DNA of 64,000 nucleotides, from NCBI GenBank assembly GCA_963665325.3, contig OZ224045.1, forward strand, positions 1,824,001 to 1,888,000, in the 5' to 3' direction. Numbering within the stretch: position 1 is the first letter of the stretch; each line of letters begins with the position of its first letter. The translations under genes and the position numbers were made by a program. Below are positions 23,753 to 34,421 of this stretch, one piece after another. This DNA comes from Alphaproteobacteria bacterium (GTDB taxonomy: Bacteria; Pseudomonadota; Alphaproteobacteria; Bin95). The notes below the pieces were generated by a model. It made no database searches. It had not been told where the DNA came from and was given only the letters and a program-made list of their open reading frames with translations.

Positions 23753-24846
23753 GCGGCCATGGGGTTCGAAACATGACCTCCGACATGACGCCCGCCCTCG
23801 AAGACGAGGCTCCCGTCGCGGCCGAGCGGGCTCTGTCGGGGGAAATCGCGCTCGACGTGAAGGACCTGCAAACCTGGTTCTATACCCGCCAGGGAATCGT
23901 GAAAGCGGTGGACGGCCTTTCCTTCGACCTGAAAAAGGGGGAGACGCTCGGGATCGTCGGCGAGTCCGGCTGCGGCAAGAGCATCACCGCGCTCTCGGTG
24001 ATGCGGCTGGTGCCGGACCCGCCGGGGCGCATCATCGGCGGACGGGTGACGCTGGACGGGCGCGACCTGCTCGATCTCGACGAGTCCGAGATGCGGCTGG
24101 TGCGCGGCAACGACATTTCGATGATCTTCCAGGAGCCGATGACCTCCCTCAACCCGGTGCTGACCATCGGCTACCAAATCGCCGAGGCGCTTATCCTACA
24201 CCGGGACATGAACCGCGCGCAGGCGCTTGCGCGGGCAGTCGAGATGCTCGACATGATGCGCATTCCGGAGGCGGCGCAGCGCGCCAGGGAATACCCGCAC
24301 CAGCTTTCCGGCGGCATGCGGCAGCGGGCGATGATCGCCATGGCGCTCGCCTGCAACCCCAAGGTGCTGATCGCCGACGAGCCGACCACGGCGCTCGATG
24401 TCACCATCCAGGCGCAGATACTCGACCTGATCGTCAGCCTGCAGCAGGAGCTCGGCACGGCCGTCATCCTGATCACGCACGATCTGGGCGTGGTCGCGGA
24501 AACGACCCAGCGCATCATCGTCATGTATGCCGGCCGGAAGGTGGAGGAAGCGGATGTCGTGCCGCTGTTCTCCAACCCCATGCACCCCTATACCCACGGC
24601 CTGATGGCTTCGGTGCCGCGCCTTGCCATCATGAGCGGCGCGGACCCGGACGCCGCCGAGCGCCTCGAGGAGATACCGGGCATAGTGCCGCCGCTGAACA
24701 ACCTGCCGCCGGGCTGCGCCTTTGCGCCCCGTTGCCGCTTCGCCGACGACCGCTGCCGGGCCGAATATCCGCCTTATCTGGAAAAGCAGCCCGGCCACTG
24801 GGCCGCCTGCTGGCATTCCGAGCGCCTGTTCGGAGCCGCCTCGTGA
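23749..24846 (+). CDS. ABC ATP-binding protein (OppD-like)
   Basis: [28 protein letters not shown]; start may be the ATG at 23773. Confidence 0.93.
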   Translation: MSGHGVRNMTSDMTPALEDEAPVAAERALSGEIALDVKDLQTWFYTRQGIVKAVDGLSFDLKKGETLGIVGESGCGKSITALSVMRLVPDPPGRIIGGRVTLDGRDLLDLDESEMRLVRGNDISMIFQEPMTSLNPVLTIGYQIAEALILHRDMNRAQALARAVEMLDMMRIPEAAQRAREYPHQLSGGMRQRAMIAMALACNPKVLIADEPTTALDVTIQAQILDLIVSLQQELGTAVILITHDLGVVAETTQRIIVMYAGRKVEEADVVPLFSNPMHPYTHGLMASVPRLAIMSGADPDAAERLEEIPGIVPPLNNLPPGCAFAPRCRFADDRCRAEYPPYLEKQPGHWAACWHSERLFGAAS

Positions 24847-25832
24847 ACGCCGCTCAGGAAAACGGGGCCGGGCCCTCCGTGCTGGAAGTGGAGGGGCTGA
24901 AGAAGCACTTCCCGGTCAAGAAGGGACTGCTCTCCCGCCATGCCGGCAAGGTCTATGCCGTCGATGGCGTCAGCTTCGAAATCGGGCACGGGGAGACGCT
25001 CGGGCTGGTCGGCGAATCCGGCTGCGGCAAATCCACCGTCGGGCGCACCGTGCTGCGCCTGATCGACCCGACCGAGGGCACGATCCGCCTCAGCGGCCGC
25101 GATGTCACGCATCTCAGCAAGACCGACATGCGTCCGGTGCGGCGCGAGATGCAGATCATCTTTCAGGACCCCTATTCGTCGCTGAACCCGCGTATGTCGG
25201 CGGGCGACATTGTGGGGGAACTGCTGCGGGTCCACGGCCTGGGAACCTCCGCCGAGCGGCAGGAGTGGGTAGCCGAACTGTTCGAGCGGGTCGGCCTCAG
25301 CCGCGCCCAGATGGACAGCTTTCCGCACGAGTTCTCCGGTGGGCAGCGCCAGCGTATCGGCATTGCGCGCGCCCTTGCGCTCAACCCGAAGCTGATCGTT
25401 GGCGACGAGCCAGTCTCGGCGCTCGATGTCTCGATCCAGGCGCAGGTCATCAACCTGCTGATGGACCTGCAGCAGGAGTTCCGGCTTTCCTATCTGTTCG
25501 TGGCTCACGACCTCGCGGTGGTCGAACATATCAGCCATCGGATCGCGGTCATGTATCTCGGCCGCATCGTCGAATACACGGACAAGCGGACACTCTTCAC
25601 CGACCCGCAGCACCCCTATACGGAAGCGCTCCTGTCGGCGGTTCCGGTGCCCGACCCGCGTCTTCGGCGGAAGAAGCTGGTGCTGCAGGGCGACGTACCG
25701 AGCCCGATTAGCCCGCCGTCCGGCTGCCACTTCCACACGCGCTGCCCCTATGCCGAAGAGCGTTGCCGGATCGAGTCCCCGCCACTGCGCGAAATCGCCC
25801 CGGGCCACACGGTCGCCTGCCATCTGCGCTGA
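24843..25832 (+). CDS. ABC ATP-binding protein (OppF-like)
   Basis: [29 protein letters not shown]; GTG start overlaps the upstream stop. Confidence 0.93.
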   Translation: MNAAQENGAGPSVLEVEGLKKHFPVKKGLLSRHAGKVYAVDGVSFEIGHGETLGLVGESGCGKSTVGRTVLRLIDPTEGTIRLSGRDVTHLSKTDMRPVRREMQIIFQDPYSSLNPRMSAGDIVGELLRVHGLGTSAERQEWVAELFERVGLSRAQMDSFPHEFSGGQRQRIGIARALALNPKLIVGDEPVSALDVSIQAQVINLLMDLQQEFRLSYLFVAHDLAVVEHISHRIAVMYLGRIVEYTDKRTLFTDPQHPYTEALLSAVPVPDPRLRRKKLVLQGDVPSPISPPSGCHFHTRCPYAEERCRIESPPLREIAPGHTVACHLR

Positions 25833-25940
25833 GGCGGCGGACGGGCCGCGCCGCCTTGACAGCGCCGCCGCCTAGCAAGCAGTCTGCCCGACTGGAAGAG
25901 GGGAGGGCGTTCGTCCCGATGCGCCGCTGGCGAGAGCCAC

Positions 25941-26903
25941 ATGTATAGCTATATCGTGCGCCGCGTGGCGTTCGGCGGAATCACGGTGTTCGGCGTATCG
26001 ATCATCGTGTTCCTCATCATGCGCGTCATGCCGGGCGATCCGCTCACGGCCATTTTCGGGCCCGAGGGCATGACCAAGCTTACCGAGGCGCAACGGCAGA
26101 GCTACATGGAGGAGCTCGGCCTTGCGGACCCGTTGATCGTCCAGTACGCCAACTGGCTCTGGGATATTGCCAAGGGGGAGCTCGGCCGCTCGTTCTTCCG
26201 CGCCGAGAGCGTCGGCGAGATGGTGTTGCGCCGCGGCCCGCTGACAGCGCAGATCGCCATCCTGTCGGTGATCCTCTCCTGGATCCTTGGCATCCCGGTG
26301 GCGATCATAAGCGCGCTGCGCCCCAATACTGCCGCCGACAACACCGCCCGCGTGATCTCGATCACCTGCCTTGCCGTGCCGGGGTTCTGGCTCGGCATGC
26401 TCATCGTGCTGGGCCTCCTGTTCGGCTTCGGCTACCGCGCGCCGCAGACCGCCGCCGGGGCGGGCCTGTTCGAGGACCCCGGAACCGTCCTGCAGATCAT
26501 CATCGGGCCTGCTTTCGTGCTTGCGCTCGGCCAGGCGGCCTATATCGCGCGCATGGCCCGGTCCAGCCTGCTGGAAGTGATCCGTGAGGACTATGTGCGC
26601 ACCGCTAGGGCCAAGGGGCTGAACGGACGCCTCGTGGTCAGCCTTCACGCGCTGCCCAACGCGCTGCTGCCGGTAATCACGCTGTCGGGCATCCTGCTGG
26701 GCTTCGTGCTGGCCGGCTCGATCCCAGTGGAGCGCGCGTTCGGCACGCCGGGCCTCGGCTACGCCATGTTCACGGCGGTCAATGAGCGCGACATCTTCGT
26801 CATGCAGAACCTCGTCTTCCTCTACGCCGGGGTGTTCGTGATGCTGAATATCGCCGTTGACATCATCATCGCCTGGATCGACCCGAGGATCAGATACCGA
26901 TGA
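25941..26903 (+). CDS. ABC permease (OppB-like), second system
   Basis: MPGDP; RSSLLEVIREDYVRTARAKG; DPRIRY. Confidence 0.93.
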   Translation: MYSYIVRRVAFGGITVFGVSIIVFLIMRVMPGDPLTAIFGPEGMTKLTEAQRQSYMEELGLADPLIVQYANWLWDIAKGELGRSFFRAESVGEMVLRRGPLTAQIAILSVILSWILGIPVAIISALRPNTAADNTARVISITCLAVPGFWLGMLIVLGLLFGFGYRAPQTAAGAGLFEDPGTVLQIIIGPAFVLALGQAAYIARMARSSLLEVIREDYVRTARAKGLNGRLVVSLHALPNALLPVITLSGILLGFVLAGSIPVERAFGTPGLGYAMFTAVNERDIFVMQNLVFLYAGVFVMLNIAVDIIIAWIDPRIRYR

Positions 26904-27811
26904 ATGCGCCGTCCGAATCCCCGGCTGCGGTTCAGCCGGCCGAAGCTGCGCAGTCGTCGCCTCGCGGCGTGGTGGGGGGCCTTCGCCAGTTCGCGCGGCG
27001 CTCGCCGCTGTCGGCATTCTGGGGCTGCATTGCGCTCCTGATCGTGGCCATGGCGGTGGCCGCGCCGATTATCTCGCCTTACCCGCCGCTGAAATCCGAT
27101 TTCCGGAGTATGCAGAAGGCGCCCTACGAAGAGCATTTATTCGGCACCGACCAGATCGGCCGCGACACGTTGAGCCGTATCATCCACGGCAGCCGCACCT
27201 CCCTGATCGTCGCCTTCGCCGCGGTGCTGCTCGGCACGACGCTCGGCTCGCTCTGGGGCCTGGCTTGTGGCTATCTCGGGGGACGGTTCGACATCGTGAG
27301 CCAGCGCATCATCGAGTTCTTGCAGTCCTTTCCCGACTTGATACTCGCGATGGCGATTGCCATGGCGCTGGGCTCCGGTACAGTGACGGTCATCATTGCC
27401 ATTGCGATCACCCGAATACCGTTCGGCGGGCGCGTGATCCGTTCCGTCGTGCTGTCGCTCAAGGAAATGTCCTTCGTGGAAGCGGCGCGAAGCCTCGGCG
27501 CCTCCAATATGCGCATCATGCTGTTCCATATCCTGCCGCAATGCGTGGCGCCTTACCTGATCCTGGCCACGACCCATCTTGGCGTGGCGATCATCATCGA
27601 GGCCTCGCTCGGCTTCCTCGGCGTCGGCATTCCGCCGCCCGCGCCGACTTGGGGCAACATGCTGGCGGACGCGCTCAATGCCGGCATCGTGCCGCCCTGG
27701 TGGCTGGTGCTGTTCCCCGGCGTGGCGATCACCATCACCGTGCTGGCGTTCAACCTGTTCGGCGATGGTATCCGCGACGTTCTCGACCCGCGCCTGCGCG
27801 GCGCGGTCTGA
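26900..27811 (+). CDS. ABC permease (OppC-like), second system
   Basis: FGTDQIGRD; EAARSLGA; EASLGFLGVG. Confidence 0.93.
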   Translation: MNAPSESPAAVQPAEAAQSSPRGVVGGLRQFARRSPLSAFWGCIALLIVAMAVAAPIISPYPPLKSDFRSMQKAPYEEHLFGTDQIGRDTLSRIIHGSRTSLIVAFAAVLLGTTLGSLWGLACGYLGGRFDIVSQRIIEFLQSFPDLILAMAIAMALGSGTVTVIIAIAITRIPFGGRVIRSVVLSLKEMSFVEAARSLGASNMRIMLFHILPQCVAPYLILATTHLGVAIIIEASLGFLGVGIPPPAPTWGNMLADALNAGIVPPWWLVLFPGVAITITVLAFNLFGDGIRDVLDPRLRGAV

Positions 27812-27817
27812 GCCGGA

Positions 27818-28852
27818 TTAGGCGGTCGCGGCGCCCGGCAACGAGGCCGGCTCCGCGCCTGTGCCGTCATGCAGGTGGCAGGCGGCCCAGTGGCCGGCCT
27901 GCACTTCACGCAGCATGGGCACGTCGCTGCGGCAACGCGCCATTGCGTAGGGGCAGCGCGAATGGAAGTGACAGCCGGAGGGCGGGTTGATCGGGCTCGG
28001 CACGTCGCCCTCCAGAATGACGCGCTTGCGGCCCCGGGCGCGCGCCTTCGGCATCGGCACCGCAGAGAGCAGCGCCTCCGTGTAAGGGTGCAGCGGGCTG
28101 TCGAACAGGCTCGTCTTGTCGGTGATCTCGACGATGCGGCCGAGATACATCACCGCGACCCGGTGGCTGATATGCTCGACCACCGCGAGGTCGTGCGCGA
28201 CGAACAGGTATGAGAGGTTCAGTTCGTCCTGCAGGTCCATCAGCAAGTTGATGATCTGCGCCTGGATCGAGACGTCGAGCGCCGAAACCGGCTCGTCACC
28301 GACGATCAGGTCCGGATTGAGCGCTAGCGCGCGGGCGATGCCGATGCGCTGGCGCTGGCCGCCGGAGAACTCGTGCGGATAGGAGTCCATGTAGCGGCTC
28401 CCGAGCCCGACGCGCTCGAACAGCGCCGCGACGCGCTCCTCGCGTTCCTTGCCCTCGGCGACGCCATGAATATGCATCGGCTCGCCGACGATGGAACGGG
28501 CCGGCATGCGCGGATTCAGCGAGGCGTAGGGGTCCTGGAAGATCATCTGCATCCGCTGGCGGTATGGCATCATCGCCACGCCGTCGAGGTCGGTAATGTC
28601 CTCGTCTTCCAGGCGGATCGTGCCTTCGGTCGGCTCAAGAAGCTTCAGCACGGTGCGGCCGACGGTGGACTTACCGCAGCCGGATTCGCCGACGAGGCCC
28701 AGCGTCTCGCCATGACCGATATGGAAGCTGACGCCGTCCACGGCATAGACATGCCCTCCGACCCGCGAGAAGACGCCCTTGTAGATCGGGAAATGCTTCT
28801 TCAGGCCGCGCACATCCAGCAGCGGTGCGGCGTTCTCGGTCGGGGCGTTCAT
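27818..28852 (-). CDS. ABC ATP-binding protein (OppF-like), second system
   Basis: [21 protein letters not shown]; start at MNAPTEN. Confidence 0.92.
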   Translation of the reverse strand: MNAPTENAAPLLDVRGLKKHFPIYKGVFSRVGGHVYAVDGVSFHIGHGETLGLVGESGCGKSTVGRTVLKLLEPTEGTIRLEDEDITDLDGVAMMPYRQRMQMIFQDPYASLNPRMPARSIVGEPMHIHGVAEGKEREERVAALFERVGLGSRYMDSYPHEFSGGQRQRIGIARALALNPDLIVGDEPVSALDVSIQAQIINLLMDLQDELNLSYLFVAHDLAVVEHISHRVAVMYLGRIVEITDKTSLFDSPLHPYTEALLSAVPMPKARARGRKRVILEGDVPSPINPPSGCHFHSRCPYAMARCRSDVPMLREVQAGHWAACHLHDGTGAEPASLPGAATA

Positions 28853-29898
28853 GCCGTTCCTCCCAGCAGCCGGTCGGCATGCCAGCACGCGACCCAATGG
28901 CCCGGGCGATAGCGTTCGAGCGGCGGATAGGTTTGCCGGCACTGCTCGCTGGCATAGCGGCATCGGGGCGCGAAAACGCAGCCCGGCGGCAAGTTGGCGA
29001 GCGATGGTACCATGCCTTCGATCTCGTTCAACCGCGCCCTGCCGTCCTCGTTGTGCGCGGCCGTCTCGAGGCTTGGAATGGCGCCGAGCAGGCCCTCGGT
29101 ATAGGGATGGCCCGGATGGTCGAAGAGCTCGTCCACCTCGGCCTCTTCGACCTTGCGGCCGGCATACATCACCACGACCCGGTCGGCATTCTCCGCGACG
29201 ACGCCCATGTCGTGGGTAATCAGTATGACGGCCTGGCCCTGGCTGCGCTGCGTCTCCCGCATAAGGTCGAGGATTTGCGCCTGGATCGTGACGTCGAGCG
29301 CCGTTGTCGGCTCGTCGGCAATCAGCACTTTCGGATTGCAGGAGATCGCCATTGCGATCATCACCCGCTGTCGCATGCCGCCGGAGAGCTGATGCGGATA
29401 CTCGTGCGCGCGGCGCTCCGGCTCCGGGATGTGGACCTCGCGAAGCATCTCCACGGCGCGGTCCATCGCGTCGCGCTTCGAGAGTCCCTGATGCAGCGCG
29501 ATGGCCTCGCTGATTTGCTTGCCGACCGTGAACAGCGGATTGAGCGAGGTCATCGGCTCCTGGAAGATCATCGAGATCTCATTGCCGCGGACATCTTCCA
29601 TTTCCGTCTCGGTCGCATCCAGAAGGTTGCGCCCTTCCAGCCGGATCGCGCCTCCCACGATGCGCCCCGGCGGGTTGGCCACGAGACGGAGGATCGAAAG
29701 CGCCGTCACGCTCTTGCCGCAGCCGGATTCCCCGACCACGCCAAGGGTCTCTCCGCGACGCACGCTGTAGGAGACACCGTCCACCGCACGCACGACGCCA
29801 TCGTTAGTGAAGAAGTGCGTCTGCAGGTTCTCGATTTCCAGCACATTGTCATCCGACACCGCCTGGGCCTCTTGTTCGAGCGGCTCGGTTGGGTCCAT
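28849..29898 (-). CDS. ABC ATP-binding protein (OppD-like), second system
   Basis: [20 protein letters not shown]. Confidence 0.92.
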   Translation of the reverse strand: MDPTEPLEQEAQAVSDDNVLEIENLQTHFFTNDGVVRAVDGVSYSVRRGETLGVVGESGCGKSVTALSILRLVANPPGRIVGGAIRLEGRNLLDATETEMEDVRGNEISMIFQEPMTSLNPLFTVGKQISEAIALHQGLSKRDAMDRAVEMLREVHIPEPERRAHEYPHQLSGGMRQRVMIAMAISCNPKVLIADEPTTALDVTIQAQILDLMRETQRSQGQAVILITHDMGVVAENADRVVVMYAGRKVEEAEVDELFDHPGHPYTEGLLGAIPSLETAAHNEDGRARLNEIEGMVPSLANLPPGCVFAPRCRYASEQCRQTYPPLERYRPGHWVACWHADRLLGGTA

Positions 29899-30005
29899 AA
29901 TCGAAGCTCCTTAGAGTGCGGTAGGCTTCCGCGGTGGCGGTGTCGACCGACAGCATATCGCATTAGGGGCCGCAGCGGCCCCCGATTCAGACAGGGAGGA
30001 ACATA

Positions 30006-31697
30006 ATGCCTCGAAACGGTTTCCTTAATCCGCACTGGACCCGGCGGCACTTCCTTCAGGGAAGCGCGGCGGTGGCGGCTGCGGGCGCATACGGCCTGTC
30101 TTCGCGCAGGGCAAGCGCCGCTGTCCCGATGGAATACGATGGCTCGAAATTCCAGCTTGCGGCGACGGAGCCGAACCCGAAGTCCGGCGGCGTGCTGCGC
30201 TACGGCATCGCCATGCGCCCGCCGCATCTCGACTTCCACCAGTCGGGCACGATCAACAATCTCGGCACTCAAGCCTGCATGTACGACAACCTGATCCGTC
30301 GCGACCCGCGCGACAGTGGCCAAACGATCATTCCCGACCTCGCCCATAGCTGGGAGATCGCCCCGGACGGCAAGACCTACACCTTCTTCCTGCGCAAGGG
30401 CGTTGTTTTCTCGGATGGCGCCGAGCTCACCTCCGCGGACGTGAAGGCGACCTTCGACCGCATCACCAAGCCGCCGGAGGGCATCAACATTCCGCGCAGC
30501 GCGCTGTTTACCTCGGTCGAGGAGGTCACCGCGCCGGACAAGCACACCGTCCAGTTCAAGCTGGCCGCGCCGCGCCCGCCGGCCTTCATCATGGGCGCCA
30601 TCGCGAGCGGCTGGAACGGCATCGTCCGCAAGAAGACGCTTGAGGACAACAACTACAACCTGCGAAAGACCCTCGATGTGCCCGGCACCGGGCCGTTCCG
30701 CAGCGTCCGGCGGGTCGAGCAGGAAGTCTGGGTGATGCAGAAGAACCCGGACTACTGGATGGAGGGGCTGCCCTATCTCGACGGCATCGAGTTCTATCAC
30801 GGTGCGCCGTTCTCGCCGGAACTCGGCTCGGCCTTCCTGGCCGGCAATACCGACTATGCCCGGCTGATCGACCCGGTGACGCGCAAGGAAGCGGACGCCC
30901 GCGACGACATGATGGCGACCGACTACTACCAGAGCGTCATTCAGGGGGTCTGGGTCAACAACAACCGCGAGGCCTTCAAGGACCCGAGGGTGCGCCGGGC
31001 CATGCATCTGGTCTTCGACCGGCCGGTGCTGGTGGATGTCGTCAAGGATGTGGCGCCGATGCTGGTCGGCGGCTTCATCTATCCGTTCTCGGACGTGGCG
31101 ACGCCGAAAGAGGAGCTCACCAAGCGCCTCGGCTACCAGCCGGACACGACGGCCTCCATCAAGGAAGCCAAGGCGCTACTGGAGGCCGCCGGCCACGGCG
31201 ACGGCCTCAAGGGGCTCGACTTCGTGGTTCGCGACACTGCGACCTTCAGGCTCTGGGGGCAGGCGATCCAGGCGATGCTGCAGCAGGCACTCAACATCGA
31301 GTGCGAGCTGCGCACCGTGGTTCCGGCAGTCTGGTTCGAGGACACTATCAACGGCAAGTTCGACCTCTCGGTCGGCGCCATCGTCTCGACCCTGATAGAC
31401 CCGTCGGATTACTTCAACGCTTGGTACGGCCCGGGCGGCCCGCAGAACTACTCGCAGTGGGAAGACCCGCGCTTCACCGAACTGCTGACGGCCATCGACA
31501 GCGAGGTCGATCCGGCCAAGCGGCAGGCAGCGATCACCGCGGCCGAGATGGTGATGGAAGAGAACCCGCCGGTGCTCCCGATCTCTTGGGAGAAGATCAA
31601 CGACGGCTGGTACAACTACGTCAAGGGCCACAACCCCTACAACTATTTCGGCATTTACGATGTCGGACGGTTCGACACGTTCTGGCTCGACAAGTAA
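30006..31697 (+). CDS. Tat-exported ABC substrate-binding protein, family 5
   Basis: TRRHFLQ twin-arginine signal; PDLAHSW; GTGPF; ends WLDK like the first binding protein. Confidence 0.92.
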   Translation: MPRNGFLNPHWTRRHFLQGSAAVAAAGAYGLSSRRASAAVPMEYDGSKFQLAATEPNPKSGGVLRYGIAMRPPHLDFHQSGTINNLGTQACMYDNLIRRDPRDSGQTIIPDLAHSWEIAPDGKTYTFFLRKGVVFSDGAELTSADVKATFDRITKPPEGINIPRSALFTSVEEVTAPDKHTVQFKLAAPRPPAFIMGAIASGWNGIVRKKTLEDNNYNLRKTLDVPGTGPFRSVRRVEQEVWVMQKNPDYWMEGLPYLDGIEFYHGAPFSPELGSAFLAGNTDYARLIDPVTRKEADARDDMMATDYYQSVIQGVWVNNNREAFKDPRVRRAMHLVFDRPVLVDVVKDVAPMLVGGFIYPFSDVATPKEELTKRLGYQPDTTASIKEAKALLEAAGHGDGLKGLDFVVRDTATFRLWGQAIQAMLQQALNIECELRTVVPAVWFEDTINGKFDLSVGAIVSTLIDPSDYFNAWYGPGGPQNYSQWEDPRFTELLTAIDSEVDPAKRQAAITAAEMVMEENPPVLPISWEKINDGWYNYVKGHNPYNYFGIYDVGRFDTFWLDK

Positions 31698-31738
31698 GCT
31701 CTAACGGACGGCCCAAAGTGGCCGTGCGGGAGAATTGC

Positions 31739-31772
31739 AAGCCCGCGCCTTCCAGGCGCGGGCTTCTTTCTT
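31739..31772 (+). terminator. Rho-independent terminator
   Basis: AAGCCCGCGCCT-TCC-AGGCGCGGGCTT followed by CTTTCTT. Confidence 0.75.
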
Positions 31773-31854
31773 GAGGACGGGGACGTTGCGGCGATGCCGC
31801 ATCTGGTGATCTTCCTCGGGCTTTGCCTGCTCGGCCTCCTCGTGGGCTGCATCC

Positions 31855-32718
31855 TTGTCTAGGGTGGCCGGCCTTCTCGCTGCGGCGCTTTTCGCGGCGG
31901 CCTGTCAGCCCCTGCCGCAGGTCATGGAACGCGACAAGGCCAGTGCCCTTCTGGCGCTCCCGGAAAGCGTCGGAGTGCGGGTTGGACATATCCACGGCGC
32001 AACCCCTGAACTCGAAGACCGGTTGCGGCGGGACCTCGAGGGGGCGCTGCACCGCCGCGGATTGCCGGCCAGCCGACGCGCAGGCAATCGACTCAGCTAC
32101 CGGGTGACCGGTCGCGTCGAGATCGCGGCAATGCCGGACGGAATCGCTCCGTCGGGCCTCGTCTGGGAACTCCGCGACTGGGGCGGCAGGCTGGCCGGGC
32201 GTTTCGAGCAGCAGGTCGAGGGCGGCCGGCAGGAGGCGCTGGCCGTGCTTCTCGAAGAGCTGGCCGACGAGATTGCCGGGCGGGTTCGCGCCGAAAGCCC
32301 GGGCGAGGGCGATCCTGTTCGGCTGAAAATCTCCATTGCGCCGATTTCCGGCGCCGCTTCCGAAGCGACCGCGCCGCTGCTGCGCGCGCTCGAAGCGGCG
32401 CTTGCAAGCAGCGGCCTGGACGTCGTGCCGCCCGCCGCGCCGAGCCACCTGCATGTATTCGGCAGCGCGGAGGCCGGTCCCGTTCTTGCGGGCCTCCGGG
32501 AGCTGCGGCTCGGCTGGTCCGTTGTCTGGTCGGATGGACGGGAGGTCGGCAGGGTGGATCAGGCCAATGCCGTGCCGGCCGAATGGCTAAAGGGCGCGTG
32601 GACATCGCTTGCTGCTGCGGCTGCCGAGGGGGCGGCCTCGGGCATATCGGACCTTGTGTTCAAAGCGCAGACCGAGCTTCAGCCGACGGGTGGAGCAACG
32701 GGGCGTAACCGGCCCTGA
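31855..32718 (+). CDS. Hypothetical lipoprotein
   Basis: Hydrophobic leader ending in lipobox-like FAAAC; fills the intergenic gap. Confidence 0.6.
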   Translation: MSRVAGLLAAALFAAACQPLPQVMERDKASALLALPESVGVRVGHIHGATPELEDRLRRDLEGALHRRGLPASRRAGNRLSYRVTGRVEIAAMPDGIAPSGLVWELRDWGGRLAGRFEQQVEGGRQEALAVLLEELADEIAGRVRAESPGEGDPVRLKISIAPISGAASEATAPLLRALEAALASSGLDVVPPAAPSHLHVFGSAEAGPVLAGLRELRLGWSVVWSDGREVGRVDQANAVPAEWLKGAWTSLAAAAAEGAASGISDLVFKAQTELQPTGGATGRNRP

Positions 32719-33268
32719 GCGCCCTGAGCGTGGTGGGCGGCGTCAGCACCTCGACCGCGCCGGCGGGGCGTGCGATTGCGGCGTCGTATTCGCCGGGCGT
32801 GTAGCGCAGCAGCAGCGGCCCTGCCACCAGCCAGGCGGACCCGTTGCGGCTCACGAACGCGCCATCGGGAAGCGCTGCGGATTCGCCGACATGGATGCGC
32901 CGCCGGCGTCCGTCGAGGCGTTCGGCATGAAGCACACGGTCCATCTCTCCGGCTCGCGGCCTGCCGCCCCAGCCGGCGGCATAGGTTCTGGCAGCCTCGC
33001 GCCGGCACTCGAAGCATGGCCGGTGCCCGGCGGCGAGCGCCACCGCCTCGTCGAGAAAGAAGAGTTCAGTATAGCGCCCCAGGGCCATGACTTGCCGTTT
33101 CCTGCCCCGGAATTCGGTGACGCAGCAAATCCAGGCCTTGTGCGTCCAGCGCCGCCGGCCGAGCCTGCGGTTCTCGTCATGCAGGATGCCGCGGTTGCCC
33201 ATCATGAGCCCGCGCTCGGGTGTGGCGACAATGTCGCCGAAGGGCGTCACGCGGTTCTGGAGCGCCAT
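32660..33268 (-). CDS. Conserved hypothetical protein with Ada-like metal-binding motif
   Basis: QNRVTPFG, MGNRG, WICC, YTELFFLDEA.ALAAGHRPCFECRR. Confidence 0.75.
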   Translation of the reverse strand: MALQNRVTPFGDIVATPERGLMMGNRGILHDENRRLGRRRWTHKAWICCVTEFRGRKRQVMALGRYTELFFLDEAVALAAGHRPCFECRREAARTYAAGWGGRPRAGEMDRVLHAERLDGRRRRIHVGESAALPDGAFVSRNGSAWLVAGPLLLRYTPGEYDAAIARPAGAVEVLTPPTTLRALRAGYAPLLHPSAEARSAL

Positions 33269-33427
33269 CGGGGGAACCTTCCTGGGTGGTGTCGACAAGG
33301 ACGGGTACTAGGGACAGCGGAGCGTACCCCTCGGACCGGACGGTTTGATGCGGCGTTCTTGACAGGGTTGCGTAAGGCGCCGCCGGCTTGTAGTCGGCGG
33401 TATCGAGCATTGTCTTGGGGAGGGGCC

Positions 33428-34390
33428 ATGACCGGCGTCGATATCATCGATCCCGCAATCGTCGAAGCGGGCAAGCGTGCCGCAGCGGTCTCGCCCCCGC
33501 TCGACCTTAAGGCACTGGTGAATGCGCCGGCCGGAGATATACGCGCCGCCTATGACGCGTCCTCGACCTATTGGAACGCCGACCCACCGCCCGTTGCCTC
33601 GGTCGTCAATCTCGCTCTGGCCGGGCCCCATGGCGAGCTCCGGGTGCGTATCTATCGGCCGCACGACGATCGCCGCCTGCCGGGGCTGCTCTACCTGCAT
33701 GGCGGTGGGTTCATGCTCGGCAGCGTCGAATCGCACGACACGCTCTGCCGCCTGCTGGCGAGGGAAGCCGACGCGGCGGTGGTTTCGGTCGATTACCGGC
33801 TCGCCCCGGAGCACCGGTTCCCGGTTCCGGTGGAGGAATGCATTTTTGCCTGCGACTGGCTGGCGGAGCATGGCGCGGAGGTCGGGGTGGACGCCTCGCG
33901 GCTTGCCGTGGGGGGCGACTCGGCAGGGGCCAACCTGGCGCTCGCGGTGCTGGACCGGCGGCGCGAGGCGCTCAGCACGGCGTTGCTGTTCTACGGCTGC
34001 TACGGCCATATGCCGGAATACGGCTATGAGCTGGGCTCCGCCGCTGCGGCTTACGGGGACGGCCGCTACGGCCTCGGTCTGGATATCATGCGGCGCTTCT
34101 ATGCGGACTATTTGCGCGGCGAGAATGACGGCCGCGACCCGCTGTTCTGCTCGCTGAACATGGACTTCCGCGATCTGCCGCCGGTCCTGCTGACAGCGGC
34201 CGCGCTGGACCCCTTGCGCGATGACGCCGAAGCGCTGGGCCTGAAACTCGCGGCGGCCCATGTGCCGCACCGGTACATTCTCTACCCCGGTGCGCCGCAC
34301 GGCTTCCTGAAGTTGGCCCCGGAAGTGGAGGTCGCGGCCCGCGCCGTTCGCGATGCCGCTGACCACCTGCGGGAGCACTGGGGCGCGTAG
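33428..34390 (+). CDS. Alpha/beta hydrolase (HSL-type esterase)
   Basis: HGGGF, DYRLAPE, GDSAG, DPLRD, HGF. Confidence 0.92.
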   Translation: MTGVDIIDPAIVEAGKRAAAVSPPLDLKALVNAPAGDIRAAYDASSTYWNADPPPVASVVNLALAGPHGELRVRIYRPHDDRRLPGLLYLHGGGFMLGSVESHDTLCRLLAREADAAVVSVDYRLAPEHRFPVPVEECIFACDWLAEHGAEVGVDASRLAVGGDSAGANLALAVLDRRREALSTALLFYGCYGHMPEYGYELGSAAAAYGDGRYGLGLDIMRRFYADYLRGENDGRDPLFCSLNMDFRDLPPVLLTAAALDPLRDDAEALGLKLAAAHVPHRYILYPGAPHGFLKLAPEVEVAARAVRDAADHLREHWGA

Positions 34391-34421
34391 GTCCGCCGGG
34401 CCACCCGGCGCGAGCCATCGG

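Noticed and set aside
23631-24842. 733-aa ORF as a fused ABC ATPase
   Set aside because: The upstream part is an off-frame overlap of the OppD gene, an artefact of high GC; OppF starts at 24843.
32609-33427. Long N-terminal extension of the esterase (593-aa ORF)
   Set aside because: It overlaps a conserved minus-strand gene, and an SD plus ATG at 33428 gives a normal-sized hydrolase.
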